A stretch of DNA of 64,000 nucleotides. Origin: an uncultured delta proteobacterium (lineage in GTDB: Bacteria; Myxococcota; Kuafuiibacteriia; Kuafuiibacteriales; Kuafuiibacteriaceae). The notes beneath the pieces are model-generated. The model was not told the DNA's origin. It ran no database searches and saw only the letters and a list, made by a program, of their open reading frames with translations. Within the stretch, counting starts at the first letter, position 1, and the number at the start of each line of letters is the position of its first letter. Position numbers and translations under genes: made by a program. Positions 29,611 through 39,308 of this stretch are shown here, piece by piece. The DNA lies in the NCBI GenBank assembly GCA_963803435.1, contig CAWDML010000001.1:1440001-1504000 (forward strand), written 5' to 3'.

Positions 29611-32600
29611 TCGTCTATTCTACTCCAACCGTACCGAGCGTCTCGCCGAGGCCCTGATCCAGAACCTGCGCCCGGAAGGGGCGAGCCCGCTCGATCCCGT
29701 CCCGATCGTCATCCCGAGCCTGGCGCTGGCCGCTCACCTCAAGCACCAGATCGCCGCCGAGACCGGGATCGCCGCCAACCTCGACCTGATCTTTCTCGAG
29801 CGATTCCTGGGCGGCCTGGTGGAGGCGTCCGGCGGACCGAAGGTCTCGAACTTCGAGCGCATGCAGGCGGCCTTGCTGCGCGCGCTCCACGACGAGCAGC
29901 TGCTGGCGACGGACCCGATGGCGCCCGTCCGCGAGTACCTGTTCGCGGGCGGAGAGGATGAGCCGGCGATCGATCTGCGGCGGTTCCAGCTGGCCCACCG
30001 GGTGGCGCGGCACTTCGACGAGTACGTCCTGACGCGCGAGCAGATGCTCGAAGCCTGGCGTGAGCGCACGGTCTTCGGCTCGACCCTCCACGCCCGCACC
30101 GAGGCGTGGCAGCGGGCGCTCTGGCTGTGGCTGATCGAGCACGACTGCCTGGTGACGCTGGTGGACGCGTTCGGCGCTCCGCGGCTCGAGCTCGAGGTCC
30201 CACCGCGAGTCCATCTGTTCGACGTGCAGCTGGCGGCGCCGGCGTACCGCACGATCCTGGGGAAGCTCGGGGAGCGCTCGGAGCTGCTGCTGTACGCCCT
30301 CAACCCTTGCCACGAGTTCTGGGAGGACATGCAGGCGGGCTTCGACTTCGACGAGCGCGGCGACGACACTCCGGCGCTGCGGCTGTGGGGCCGGCCGGGC
30401 CGCGAGAGCGTGCGGCTGCTCGACGCCCTGGCGAACTTCGACTTCGAGGCGTGCTTCGAGGCGCCGGCCGCGGGCGGGCGGACGCTGCTCACGCAGTTCC
30501 AGCAGGACGTGCTCGATCGCCACCCCGAGCGGACCACCTGCGATCCGAGCTTCGACTTCGAGGACGACGAGAGCGTACGCCTGCTGGCCTGCCCGGGGTT
30601 GCGGCGCGAAGTCGAGGTGATCGCGCAGGAGATCTGGTCGATGGTGGAGCGTTACGCGACCACGGATCGCCCGCTCGCCTTCAATGAGATCGCGGTGGTG
30701 CTGGCGGGGCGGGATCAGGAGGCCTATCGGGCCCACGTGGGCGCGGTCTTCGAGGAGTTCTATCAGATCCCGCACGGCTTCCTCGAGGTGCCGCTCTCGT
30801 CGCAGAGCCGCGTGGTGGAGGCGATCCTGCTCTTGCTTGCGCTCCCCCACTCGAGGTTCACGCGGCCCGAGCTGCTCCGCTTCATCACGCACCCCGCGGT
30901 GATCGCGAAGGTCGGCGACGCCGATCCCGAGGACTGGCTCACCTGGTGCGACGACCTCGGGATCGTGCACGGTGCGGATCGCTCCGACCACGAGAACACG
31001 TACATCGAGCGCGACCTCTACAACTGGGAGCAAGGGCTGAAGCGGCTGATGCTCGGGACGTTCATGAGCGGGCAGCGGAGCGCTGACGAGCGCGTCTTCT
31101 CGGCCGGCGGACAGGACTACCTCCCGTACGAGGTACCTGTGGACCGCCTCCGGAGCGCCGCCAAGCTGGCCTCGCTGGTGCGGTCGCTGATCGCGGACGC
31201 GCGCTTCGCCGAGCGCACCCAGCTCACGCTGGCTGAATGGGCGGAGCTCCTCCGGGGAATGATCACCGCGTACGTGGGCGCCGAGGAGGAGCACGACGAG
31301 CGCGACCTCTTCCGCTGTCTCTCGGCGGTGGACGAGCTGGCGGAGCTCGACCCGGAGGGACCGCCGATCTCGTTCCGGATCGCGGCCGAGTTCGTGAAGC
31401 AGCGACTCTCGCGGCTGGCGACGAACGTGGGCACGCCGCTGGCCGAGGGCGTGGTGGTGGCGCCCCTGACCCTGGCGTACGCCCTCCCGTTCCGGGTGAT
31501 CTTCCTGATGGGTATGGGGGAGGGCCGGTTCCCCGTCAGCGACAAGAAGAGCCAGCTCGACCTGCGCGCGCTCGAGCACCGGCCCGGCGACTTCAGCCCG
31601 CGGGAGCGCGATCAATACCGCTTCCTGCTCGCGCTCTCATCGGCGCGCGACGCCGTCCGGATCTCCTGGGTGTCGCGCGATCCGCAGACCGGCGAGGATA
31701 TGATGCCGTCACCGGTCCTCCTCGAGCTGGAGCAGATGCTCGAGCGCGGCTACCTCAGGGAGGAGGGCCGCCTGGAGCGACGCCACCCGCTCCGGCGGTA
31801 CCACGATCGCGTAGACGGTACCGCAGTGCCTCCGATCGTCGCGCGCGAGGTGCAGGCGCTCGAGCTCAGAGACAGCTTGCGGCGCCACCTCGGGGATCCC
31901 GAGGCCGCCCTGTCGCTGCGAGCGCTGCGCCACCGCCTCCCCGCGCCGACGTGGGCGCGGATCGCGGAGCGCCTCCGTCTGTCGGAGCCACCGCCGATCA
32001 CGGACGACCGGTCGGTGATCACCGTGCGCTACGAGGCGCTGCGCCGCTTCCTCGAGGATCCGCTCCAGGGCTGGGCGCGGTTCGTCCTCGAGCTCCGGGA
32101 CGAGGAGCAGATCGATCCCTTCGCGCGCGAGGACGAGCTGTTCTCCACCGGCGTGCTCTCGGGGACGATCGAGCTCCGGCGGGTGCTGATCGAGAAGTTC
32201 CGGCTCGACGCAGAGAACGATCTGGCCGTGCCGCTGGAGACGCTCTACGACGCGCGCGCCGATCGGCTGGAGCTCGAGGGCCGGCTCCCCACCGGCGTGT
32301 TCGGGCGGGCGGAGCGGGCCAAGCACAAGCGGATCCTGCTGGCGTGGCAGAAGCAGGTGCGCGACGCCCTCAACGGACGGGCCCAGCGGATCGACCCGGT
32401 CCGCTTCGGTCGGGCACAGGAGCGCTCGGCCCTGGTGGAGACCGCGGATCCGATCCGGATCGAGGTCGACGTCGGCGGTCGAACCGCGACGGTCGAGATC
32501 CACGGGCAGACGCAGGCTCTCTTGCGCGAGACACCCGGCTCGGTGACGCTGACCATGGGATCGCCACGAGGCAGCCGCACCCGTCTGTTCGAGCTGCGGG

Positions 32601-32998
32601 GCTTCGTGGATCAAGTGATGCTCTCGGCGAGCGGACGCTCCGCGGAGGTGCCGTTCCGCTCGGTGGTGGCGTTCGGCGAGGACACGCCCTGGGTCACCGA
32701 GTTCGCCCCGTTCTCCCGCGCGGAGGCGCAGGCCTACCTGCAAAGCCTGCTGGCGGATCTGCTCTCGGAGACGCACGCGTATCTACTCCCGTTCGGCACT
32801 GTTCTCCAGCTGGAGAAGGCGGGGCGCGAGGGACGCCTGGGGCCGGCCCAGCTACAGCGGATCCTGGCGAACGCGCGCCACGACGACTACGGACCGCTCC
32901 TCGATCCGAAGGTCGATCCGCCGCCCGTCGAGGACATCGATCGGATCCTGAAGACGCGCTTCGGCCCATACTTCGAGAAGCGGAGGGGCGGCTGGTGA
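29606..32998 (+). CDS. recC: Exodeoxyribonuclease V gamma subunit
   Basis: YSNRTERL N-terminus, LNPCHEFWED, ACPGLRREVEVI, PFRVIFLMGMGEGRFP, LRRFLEDPLQGW. Confidence 0.93.
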   Translation: MIRLFYSNRTERLAEALIQNLRPEGASPLDPVPIVIPSLALAAHLKHQIAAETGIAANLDLIFLERFLGGLVEASGGPKVSNFERMQAALLRALHDEQLLATDPMAPVREYLFAGGEDEPAIDLRRFQLAHRVARHFDEYVLTREQMLEAWRERTVFGSTLHARTEAWQRALWLWLIEHDCLVTLVDAFGAPRLELEVPPRVHLFDVQLAAPAYRTILGKLGERSELLLYALNPCHEFWEDMQAGFDFDERGDDTPALRLWGRPGRESVRLLDALANFDFEACFEAPAAGGRTLLTQFQQDVLDRHPERTTCDPSFDFEDDESVRLLACPGLRREVEVIAQEIWSMVERYATTDRPLAFNEIAVVLAGRDQEAYRAHVGAVFEEFYQIPHGFLEVPLSSQSRVVEAILLLLALPHSRFTRPELLRFITHPAVIAKVGDADPEDWLTWCDDLGIVHGADRSDHENTYIERDLYNWEQGLKRLMLGTFMSGQRSADERVFSAGGQDYLPYEVPVDRLRSAAKLASLVRSLIADARFAERTQLTLAEWAELLRGMITAYVGAEEEHDERDLFRCLSAVDELAELDPEGPPISFRIAAEFVKQRLSRLATNVGTPLAEGVVVAPLTLAYALPFRVIFLMGMGEGRFPVSDKKSQLDLRALEHRPGDFSPRERDQYRFLLALSSARDAVRISWVSRDPQTGEDMMPSPVLLELEQMLERGYLREEGRLERRHPLRRYHDRVDGTAVPPIVAREVQALELRDSLRRHLGDPEAALSLRALRHRLPAPTWARIAERLRLSEPPPITDDRSVITVRYEALRRFLEDPLQGWARFVLELRDEEQIDPFAREDELFSTGVLSGTIELRRVLIEKFRLDAENDLAVPLETLYDARADRLELEGRLPTGVFGRAERAKHKRILLAWQKQVRDALNGRAQRIDPVRFGRAQERSALVETADPIRIEVDVGGRTATVEIHGQTQALLRETPGSVTLTMGSPRGSRTRLFELRGFVDQVMLSASGRSAEVPFRSVVAFGEDTPWVTEFAPFSRAEAQAYLQSLLADLLSETHAYLLPFGTVLQLEKAGREGRLGPAQLQRILANARHDDYGPLLDPKVDPPPVEDIDRILKTRFGPYFEKRRGGW

Positions 32999-35900
32999 GC
33001 GACGCGCTCCACCCGAAGCCCCCGATCCTGGAGCAGGTGGCGGCGACGCGCCACGCGGTGCTCGAGGCGTCCGCCGGTACCGGCAAGACGTACGCGCTCG
33101 AGCACCTGGTGATCGAAGTGCTCCTCGAGACGCCGACCACGCTCGACGAGATCCTCGTGGTCACATTCACCGAGAAGGCCGCCGCCGAGCTCCGCCACCG
33201 CCTGCGGCGCAAGATCACCGAGATCTGTGAGAGCACCGCCCGTGCAACGCACGGAGCCCCTCACTGCTGGCTCATCGATTCGGCGGCGAGGAGGAAGCTG
33301 GGGCGGGCGCTGATGTCGTTCGACAGCGCCAGCATCTCGACGATCCATGCCTTCTGCCAGCGCGTGCTGGTGGAGAACGCGTTCGCGAACCTGCGCCTGT
33401 TCGAGCAGCGGTTGATCGACGGGCGGGCGGCCTTCTCGCGCGCTTTCCTCGACGTGCTTCGCGAGCATCTGGCGCGGGAGACCGAGCCGCGCTCGTACCT
33501 GGCCGGCTGGCTCGAGGAGCATGATCTCGACGAGCTGGAGTCGCTGCTCTACACGGTGCACGGGCGGCGGGGCGAGCTGCGGCCGGCCTTCTCGCGCAGC
33601 GGGCTGGCGAAGGCGGCGCGCCACCTGATGAGGCTCGACCTCCGGCCGCACGCGCTCAAGCCGGCGCTCAGGCGGGCGAGGCTCCCCGGCGCGACGGCGG
33701 AGGCGGTGCTGGCGCGGCTCGGCCTGCTGCGCCGGCATCTGACCGCGCTGGAGAAGTCGGAGGATCTGCCGGCGTTCCTGGCGGCGCTCGATCGGGAGGA
33801 GCGCGCGCACCAGCCTTTTCTCGCCTACGTGGAGGACAAGCTCGCCGAGGCCGTGACGCACCAGGGGCTACTGGCGCGCGTCCTCGAGGGGGTCCGTGCG
33901 CTGGTGGGGTCGGCGCCCACGTTCGAGTCCGCGATCGCGCAGGTGTTCCTGCCGCGGGTGGAGGCGTACCTATCGCACGGCAAGCGGCGGAGCGGACAGC
34001 TCGACTTCGACGACATGCTGGCGATGGTGAAGGACAGCCTCGACGGCCCCGAGGGCGAGACGCTGGCGAGGACCCTGCGCTCGCGCTTTCGCTACGCGAT
34101 GATCGACGAGTTTCAGGACACGGACGAGATCCAGTGGGCGATCTTCTCCCGGATCTTCGTGGAGGGCGAAGGCAGCCACCTCTACGTCATCGGCGATCCG
34201 AAGCAGGCCATCTACGCGTTCCGCGGCGCTGACGTGCACACGTATCTGTCCGCGAAGGAGACGATCGAGTCGATCGGCGGGCGCACGGTGCATCTGGTGG
34301 AGAACCATCGCTCGGCGCGGCCGATGCTGGAGGCGCTCAACGTCCTCCTCGATCAGACGGCGGCCGACCCGTTCTTCACCGGCGAGATCCGGTACGACCA
34401 CCCGGTGGTCTGCGGGCGTCGCGGCTTCGACGGTCTGGTCAGCGGTGGCGAGCGGCTCTCGCCGATCCATCTCTTCCAGGTGGTGCCCGCCGAGGAGAAG
34501 CTGAGCGCGTCCTCGGCTCGGAACACGCTCGCCCGGCGCATCGCCGCCGAGATCAGAGCGCTGCTGGACGCGCCGCACACCGGCCTCACCGAGGGGGACC
34601 GCTTCGATCCGCTCTCGGCCAGCGACATCTTCATCTTGACCCGCAGCGGTCGGGAGGGCCTCGAGGTTGCGCGCCACCTCCGGAGGGCCAAGGTGCCCTA
34701 CACGTTCTACAAGCAGGACGGCCTGTTCCAGACCGGAGAGGCCCGCGACGTCCGCTCGTTGCTGCTCGCGATCGCCGATCCGCACCGGCGCGAACGCAGG
34801 TTCCGGGCCTGGCAGACGCCGTTCTTCGCGGTCCCGCTGGAGAGCCTGCTCGATTGCCGCGATCTGCCCGGCACGCACCCGCTGGTGGAGACGCTGTTCG
34901 TGTGGAAGGCGCTCGCGGACGCCAAGGAGTACCATCGCCTGTTCACCAGCATCATCGACGGCTCCGGGATTGTCGAGCGCGAGCTCTTCTCCAAGGCGGG
35001 CGAGCGCGAGCTCACCAACTATCTCCACATCTTCGAGCTGCTCCTCGAAGAGGCGAACCGGACGCGTGCCACGCTGGGCGAGCTGATCGCGGTGCTCAGC
35101 TCGTTCATCGAGCAACGACGCTTTCCCGAGGGCGAGGAGGGCAACGTTCAGCGCGTCGAGTCGGAGCGCGACGCCGTGCAGATCATGACGATGCACAAGG
35201 CGAAGGGCCTCGAGGCGGCGGTCGTGTTCCTCTACGGCGGTCTCGACGAGGTGTCCGAGAGCGCGCACCTCTACCACGAGGGCCGCAAGCGCTGCCTCTA
35301 TCTGGGGAAGAGCCCGCCGGCCGAGGCACGCGTGGAGTCGCGCGAGGAGAACGAGCGCCTCCTGTACGTGAGCATGACGCGCCCGAAGGCGCGCCTCTAC
35401 CTGCCGTACTTCGGCTTTACGGCGGGCGTGGACGGCGGCGGGCCGGAGCGGGTCCTGCGGAACCTCTCGGGATCGTACGGCGAGCTGAACCGGGTGCTCG
35501 ATCGGATCGAGCCGATCATCGGGGACCTCGGCGGCCTGTTCACGATCGAGCGCGTCGAGGAGGCGCCGCGGCGGGATCCGATCGATCCGCCCGAGGAGCT
35601 CGAGCGGGTCGGCGGCTGGCAGCCGCCGCCGGAGCTCCTGGTGCCGCCGGGTCCGCGCCCCGATCTCGACCAGCTCCGCCAGCGGGCGCTGGGGTTCGTG
35701 GTCACCTCGTACTCGCGGATCAAGGCGGAGAAGGGCGGCTATCACGGACCGGACGCGACGTTCGAGCCGGAGACGATCGAGCAGATCGTGGAGGACATCG
35801 ACACGCTGGTGCCCGAGCTGGCGCCCCCGGCGGAGCTCCCGGCCGGAGCCGAGGTGGGCCGCTTCATCCACGAGCTGCTGGAGCTGATCCCGCTCGAGGT

Positions 35901-36477
35901 GGTGGCGCTCGGCGAGGCGGCGCTGGCCGATGATCCCGAGGTGCGCGCGCTCTTCGAGCGGACGCTCCATCGCTACGGCTTCGACCCCAAGGTCCTGCCC
36001 CACGCCTACGATCTGATCTACCGGTCGTACGCGGGACCGCTGGCGCTCGGGGATCGACTGCTGCCGGGCGTCACGGCCGCGGATCGCGTGGTGCGCGAGA
36101 TGGAGTTTCTCTACCCCATCCCGGGCGGTCGCGGCCGTGGGTTCATCAAGGGCTTCATCGACCTCATCTTCGAGTGGAACGGCAAGATCTACGTGGCCGA
36201 CTGGAAGAGCGACCTCCTGCCTGGGTACTCGCGCGCCGAGCTGATCCCGCACGTCGAGGAGAACTATTCCCTGCAGGCGGAGCTCTACACGCTGGCGATG
36301 GTGAAGCTGTTCGAGCTGGGAACCCGCGAACGCTTCGAGCGTCGCTTCGGCGGCACCGCGTACTGCTTCGTGCGCGGCATGGGCAAGGCGGGGAGCGGTG
36401 AGATGGGCGTGCACTTCATCCCTCCCGACTTCGAGGCCGTCCGCGAGACCGAGCGCAAGCTGGCGGAGGAGCTGTGA
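32995..36477 (+). CDS. recB: Exodeoxyribonuclease V beta subunit (helicase-nuclease)
   Basis: GTG at 32995; EASAGTGKT, VTFTEKAA, TIHAFCQ, IDEFQDTD, GDPKQAIYAFRGAD, MTMHKAKGLE; nuclease KGFIDLIF...VADWKS...Y..Q...Y. Confidence 0.96.
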   Translation: MSDALHPKPPILEQVAATRHAVLEASAGTGKTYALEHLVIEVLLETPTTLDEILVVTFTEKAAAELRHRLRRKITEICESTARATHGAPHCWLIDSAARRKLGRALMSFDSASISTIHAFCQRVLVENAFANLRLFEQRLIDGRAAFSRAFLDVLREHLARETEPRSYLAGWLEEHDLDELESLLYTVHGRRGELRPAFSRSGLAKAARHLMRLDLRPHALKPALRRARLPGATAEAVLARLGLLRRHLTALEKSEDLPAFLAALDREERAHQPFLAYVEDKLAEAVTHQGLLARVLEGVRALVGSAPTFESAIAQVFLPRVEAYLSHGKRRSGQLDFDDMLAMVKDSLDGPEGETLARTLRSRFRYAMIDEFQDTDEIQWAIFSRIFVEGEGSHLYVIGDPKQAIYAFRGADVHTYLSAKETIESIGGRTVHLVENHRSARPMLEALNVLLDQTAADPFFTGEIRYDHPVVCGRRGFDGLVSGGERLSPIHLFQVVPAEEKLSASSARNTLARRIAAEIRALLDAPHTGLTEGDRFDPLSASDIFILTRSGREGLEVARHLRRAKVPYTFYKQDGLFQTGEARDVRSLLLAIADPHRRERRFRAWQTPFFAVPLESLLDCRDLPGTHPLVETLFVWKALADAKEYHRLFTSIIDGSGIVERELFSKAGERELTNYLHIFELLLEEANRTRATLGELIAVLSSFIEQRRFPEGEEGNVQRVESERDAVQIMTMHKAKGLEAAVVFLYGGLDEVSESAHLYHEGRKRCLYLGKSPPAEARVESREENERLLYVSMTRPKARLYLPYFGFTAGVDGGGPERVLRNLSGSYGELNRVLDRIEPIIGDLGGLFTIERVEEAPRRDPIDPPEELERVGGWQPPPELLVPPGPRPDLDQLRQRALGFVVTSYSRIKAEKGGYHGPDATFEPETIEQIVEDIDTLVPELAPPAELPAGAEVGRFIHELLELIPLEVVALGEAALADDPEVRALFERTLHRYGFDPKVLPHAYDLIYRSYAGPLALGDRLLPGVTAADRVVREMEFLYPIPGGRGRGFIKGFIDLIFEWNGKIYVADWKSDLLPGYSRAELIPHVEENYSLQAELYTLAMVKLFELGTRERFERRFGGTAYCFVRGMGKAGSGEMGVHFIPPDFEAVRETERKLAEEL

Positions 36478-38348
36478 GAACGCGCTTCGAGCTGCGCAGC
36501 AAGGATCCCGACTCGGAGGCTCCGCCCGAGCTGGTCGAGCTGGCCCGTGAGCTGGTCCGGCTGGAGCCCTCGCTCGACGACGCGGATCGCCCGATCCTGA
36601 TCCGCACCGTGGTGGCCGCGCTGGCAGCGCTCGAGAACGGGAGCACGCGGCTGCCGATCACGGAGCTCGAGACGGCCTCGGCGCTGCTGCGCGCGCCGGC
36701 GCTGGTATCGAAGGATCCCGCGGCGTACACGCCGATGATCTTCGACGGCGAGCACCTCTACCTGCAGCGGATGTTGATGCTCGAGCGGCGGTTCGCGGAG
36801 AGCTTCGCCGCGAAGGTCGTCGCCGCCGGCCCCGACCTCGAGCACAGCGCGGTGCGGCGCGCGGTCGACGAGGTGCGCTTCCATCCGCTCCCACTGTCCG
36901 ACGAGCAGGCTGCGGCCGTGGAGAAGGCGGTGTCCGACGGCCTGACCGTCATCTCGGGCGGGCCGGGAACCGGAAAGACCTCGATCGTGCTGGCGCTGCT
37001 CCGCGTGCTCGTGCGGATCGGTGTGGAGCCGGAGCAGATCGGGCTCTCGGCCCCCACGGGCAAGGCCGCTAACCGGATGGACGAATCGATCCGGCGACAC
37101 CTCGAGCGGATCGAGGCCAAGGATCCGGCTGACACCGAGCTCTCGCTCCGGTGTCCCCGCGCGCAGACGCTCCACCGGATGCTGGGCTTCAGCCCCAAGG
37201 ATGCCTCGTTCCGCCACCACGAGGAGAACCGCCTGGCGCAACAGGTGGTGATCGTCGACGAGAGCTCGATGATCGATCTGGTGCTGATGGAGCAACTGCT
37301 CCGGTCCGTTCGACCCGACGCGCGGTTGGTGCTGCTGGGCGACGTGGAGCAGCTGCCGTCCGTCGAGGCGGGCGCGGTGCTCCGCGACATCCGCGAGGCC
37401 GGGCTGCCCTCGATCACGCTGAAGAAGAGCTTCCGCATGGACGAGGCCGATCCGGGTGGCCGCTCGATCATGAGGGCGGCGCGGGCCATGAACGCGGGCG
37501 ACGCGCCGGCGCTGCTCGAGGAGCTACGGATCGTCGATCGACCCGAGCAGCTGAGCTTCTCCGGGATCGAGCTGCTCGAGGCTCACGGCGACGGGCGCGC
37601 GCTCCTCGTCGGCTTTCTCGAGCGGTTCTACCGGGAGCGGATCGCGGCGCACCGGGATTGGCTGCGGCTCTCGCGGCATCACTATCGGTTCTCGGAGGCG
37701 GCGTTCGTCGACGAGGACCGCGCCGATCTCGACGCGATCTTCGCGCACCAGGCCTGCTTCAAGCTGCTGGCGGTCACGCGCGAGCGCGCCTTCAGCGGGG
37801 CGACGTCGCTCAACGAGAGCATCCACCGCATGGTGCTCCGCGACCTGAAGGTCCCCGCCGCACCGTTCCTCCAGGGTGAGCCGGCGATGATGACGAAGAA
37901 CGACTACGAGCGCGGGCTGTTCAACGGCGACCAAGGCGTCATCCTGTCGGTGCTCTCGGAGGGCCGCCCGCACGCGATGGCGATCTTCCGCACGGCCGCC
38001 GGCTATGAGCCGTTTCACCTGCAGGCGCTCAGGAAGGATCTCTCGCTGGCCCACGCGATGACGGTGCACAAGTCACAGGGATCGGAGTTCGATCAGGTGG
38101 GTGTGATCCTGCCCGAGGTGGAGATCCCGCTCATCACGCGGGAGCTCCTGTATACCGCGGTCACCCGGGCGCGACGGGCGGTCACCATCGTGGGACCGCG
38201 CGCACCGCTCCTGGCCGCGATCGGGCGCCGGGTGGAGCGCCATTCGGGTCTCTCCGAAAAAATGAGGGCCGCGCTGCAACGCCATGACAGAGCTGTCGCG
38301 GCACCCCGGTCGATCGCGCCACAACCTCCCGGGGATGATTCAACCTGA
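36474..38348 (+). CDS. recD: Exodeoxyribonuclease V alpha subunit
   Basis: ISGGPGTGKT, APTGKAANR, IVDESSMID, GDVEQLPSVEAG, NGDQG, MTVHKSQGSEF, RELLYTAVTRA. Confidence 0.96.
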   Translation: MRTRFELRSKDPDSEAPPELVELARELVRLEPSLDDADRPILIRTVVAALAALENGSTRLPITELETASALLRAPALVSKDPAAYTPMIFDGEHLYLQRMLMLERRFAESFAAKVVAAGPDLEHSAVRRAVDEVRFHPLPLSDEQAAAVEKAVSDGLTVISGGPGTGKTSIVLALLRVLVRIGVEPEQIGLSAPTGKAANRMDESIRRHLERIEAKDPADTELSLRCPRAQTLHRMLGFSPKDASFRHHEENRLAQQVVIVDESSMIDLVLMEQLLRSVRPDARLVLLGDVEQLPSVEAGAVLRDIREAGLPSITLKKSFRMDEADPGGRSIMRAARAMNAGDAPALLEELRIVDRPEQLSFSGIELLEAHGDGRALLVGFLERFYRERIAAHRDWLRLSRHHYRFSEAAFVDEDRADLDAIFAHQACFKLLAVTRERAFSGATSLNESIHRMVLRDLKVPAAPFLQGEPAMMTKNDYERGLFNGDQGVILSVLSEGRPHAMAIFRTAAGYEPFHLQALRKDLSLAHAMTVHKSQGSEFDQVGVILPEVEIPLITRELLYTAVTRARRAVTIVGPRAPLLAAIGRRVERHSGLSEKMRAALQRHDRAVAAPRSIAPQPPGDDST

Positions 38349-38385
38349 TCCCGCCGGCACGGAAGCTGCGTTCTCTCCCCAGACG

Positions 38386-38580
38386 ATGGCAACGCTGCTG
38401 AAGATCCTGTTCTTCCTGGTCACCATCTTGCTGCCCGGCGGGATGGTCCTGATCCCGCTGTATTTTCTCCTGCGCCGGCGCAGCCGCCCCGAGCTCGACT
38501 TCAGCGAGCACCGCCGCCGCGTGCCAATCACGCGTGACTACCGCGAGCGGTTGATCGTATCCAAGCGCCTGCGGGCGTGA
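38386..38580 (+). CDS. Small membrane protein
   Basis: MATLLKILFFLVTILLPGGMVLIPLYFLLRRR; its stop overlaps the rsmE GTG start. Confidence 0.5.
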   Translation: MATLLKILFFLVTILLPGGMVLIPLYFLLRRRSRPELDFSEHRRRVPITRDYRERLIVSKRLRA

Positions 38581-39308
38581 ACCTGATCCTCCTCTTCGAG
38601 ACCGATCGCCTGGAGCGTGATCGCTTCCGTATCGCCGGCGCCCGAGCCCAACACATCGAGAAGGTCCTGGGTGCCCGAGCGGGCGACTCCGTCCGCGTGG
38701 GTCTGCTCGAGGGTCCGCTCGGCCGCGCGCGCGTGGCGTCGATCGAGGGGGCGGCGGTCGAGCTCGAGTGTTCGTTCGAGGAGGAGGTCGCGCCGCGTCC
38801 TCTCGTGGATCTGATCCTGGCCGTGCCGCGACCGAAGTCGCTCAAGAAGCTCCTGCCCGAGATCACCGCCCTCGGCGTCGATCGGTTGATCCTTCTTCGC
38901 ACGTGGCGCGTCGCCAAGCCCTATCTCTCCACGGCGATCATGGCGCCCGCACGCCACCAGCCGTTACTCCACGACGGGATGATGCAGGCGATGACCACGC
39001 GGCGACCGACCGTCAGCGTCGAGCCGCTGTTCAAGCCGTTCGTCGAGGACCGGCTCGCCGCGATGGGCGGGATCAAGCTGGCCGCGCACCCGTACGCGAC
39101 CACGGCGATGCACCAGGTCTCCCTCAGTCTGGCGGAGCGCGTGACGCTGGTGGTCGGCCCCGAGGGCGGGCTCCTCCCCTACGAGATCGAGGCGCTCGAG
39201 AGAGCCGGTTGTCGCGCGGTCAACCTGGGTCCGCGCCTCCTTCGCGTCGAGACCGCCTGCGTGGCGCTGTTGGCGCAGATCGCCCTGCTCCGGGCGATCG
39301 CGCGGTGA
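38577..39308 (+). CDS. rsmE: 16S rRNA m3U1498 methyltransferase
   Basis: VVGPEGGL...LGPRLLRVETA SPOUT motif. Confidence 0.92.
   Translation: MNLILLFETDRLERDRFRIAGARAQHIEKVLGARAGDSVRVGLLEGPLGRARVASIEGAAVELECSFEEEVAPRPLVDLILAVPRPKSLKKLLPEITALGVDRLILLRTWRVAKPYLSTAIMAPARHQPLLHDGMMQAMTTRRPTVSVEPLFKPFVEDRLAAMGGIKLAAHPYATTAMHQVSLSLAERVTLVVGPEGGLLPYEIEALERAGCRAVNLGPRLLRVETACVALLAQIALLRAIAR

Noticed and set aside
29606-38348. recCBD plus the nearby SNF2 as a novel defence island
   Set aside because: This is a canonical recC-recB-recD repair operon with housekeeping neighbours and host-like composition.
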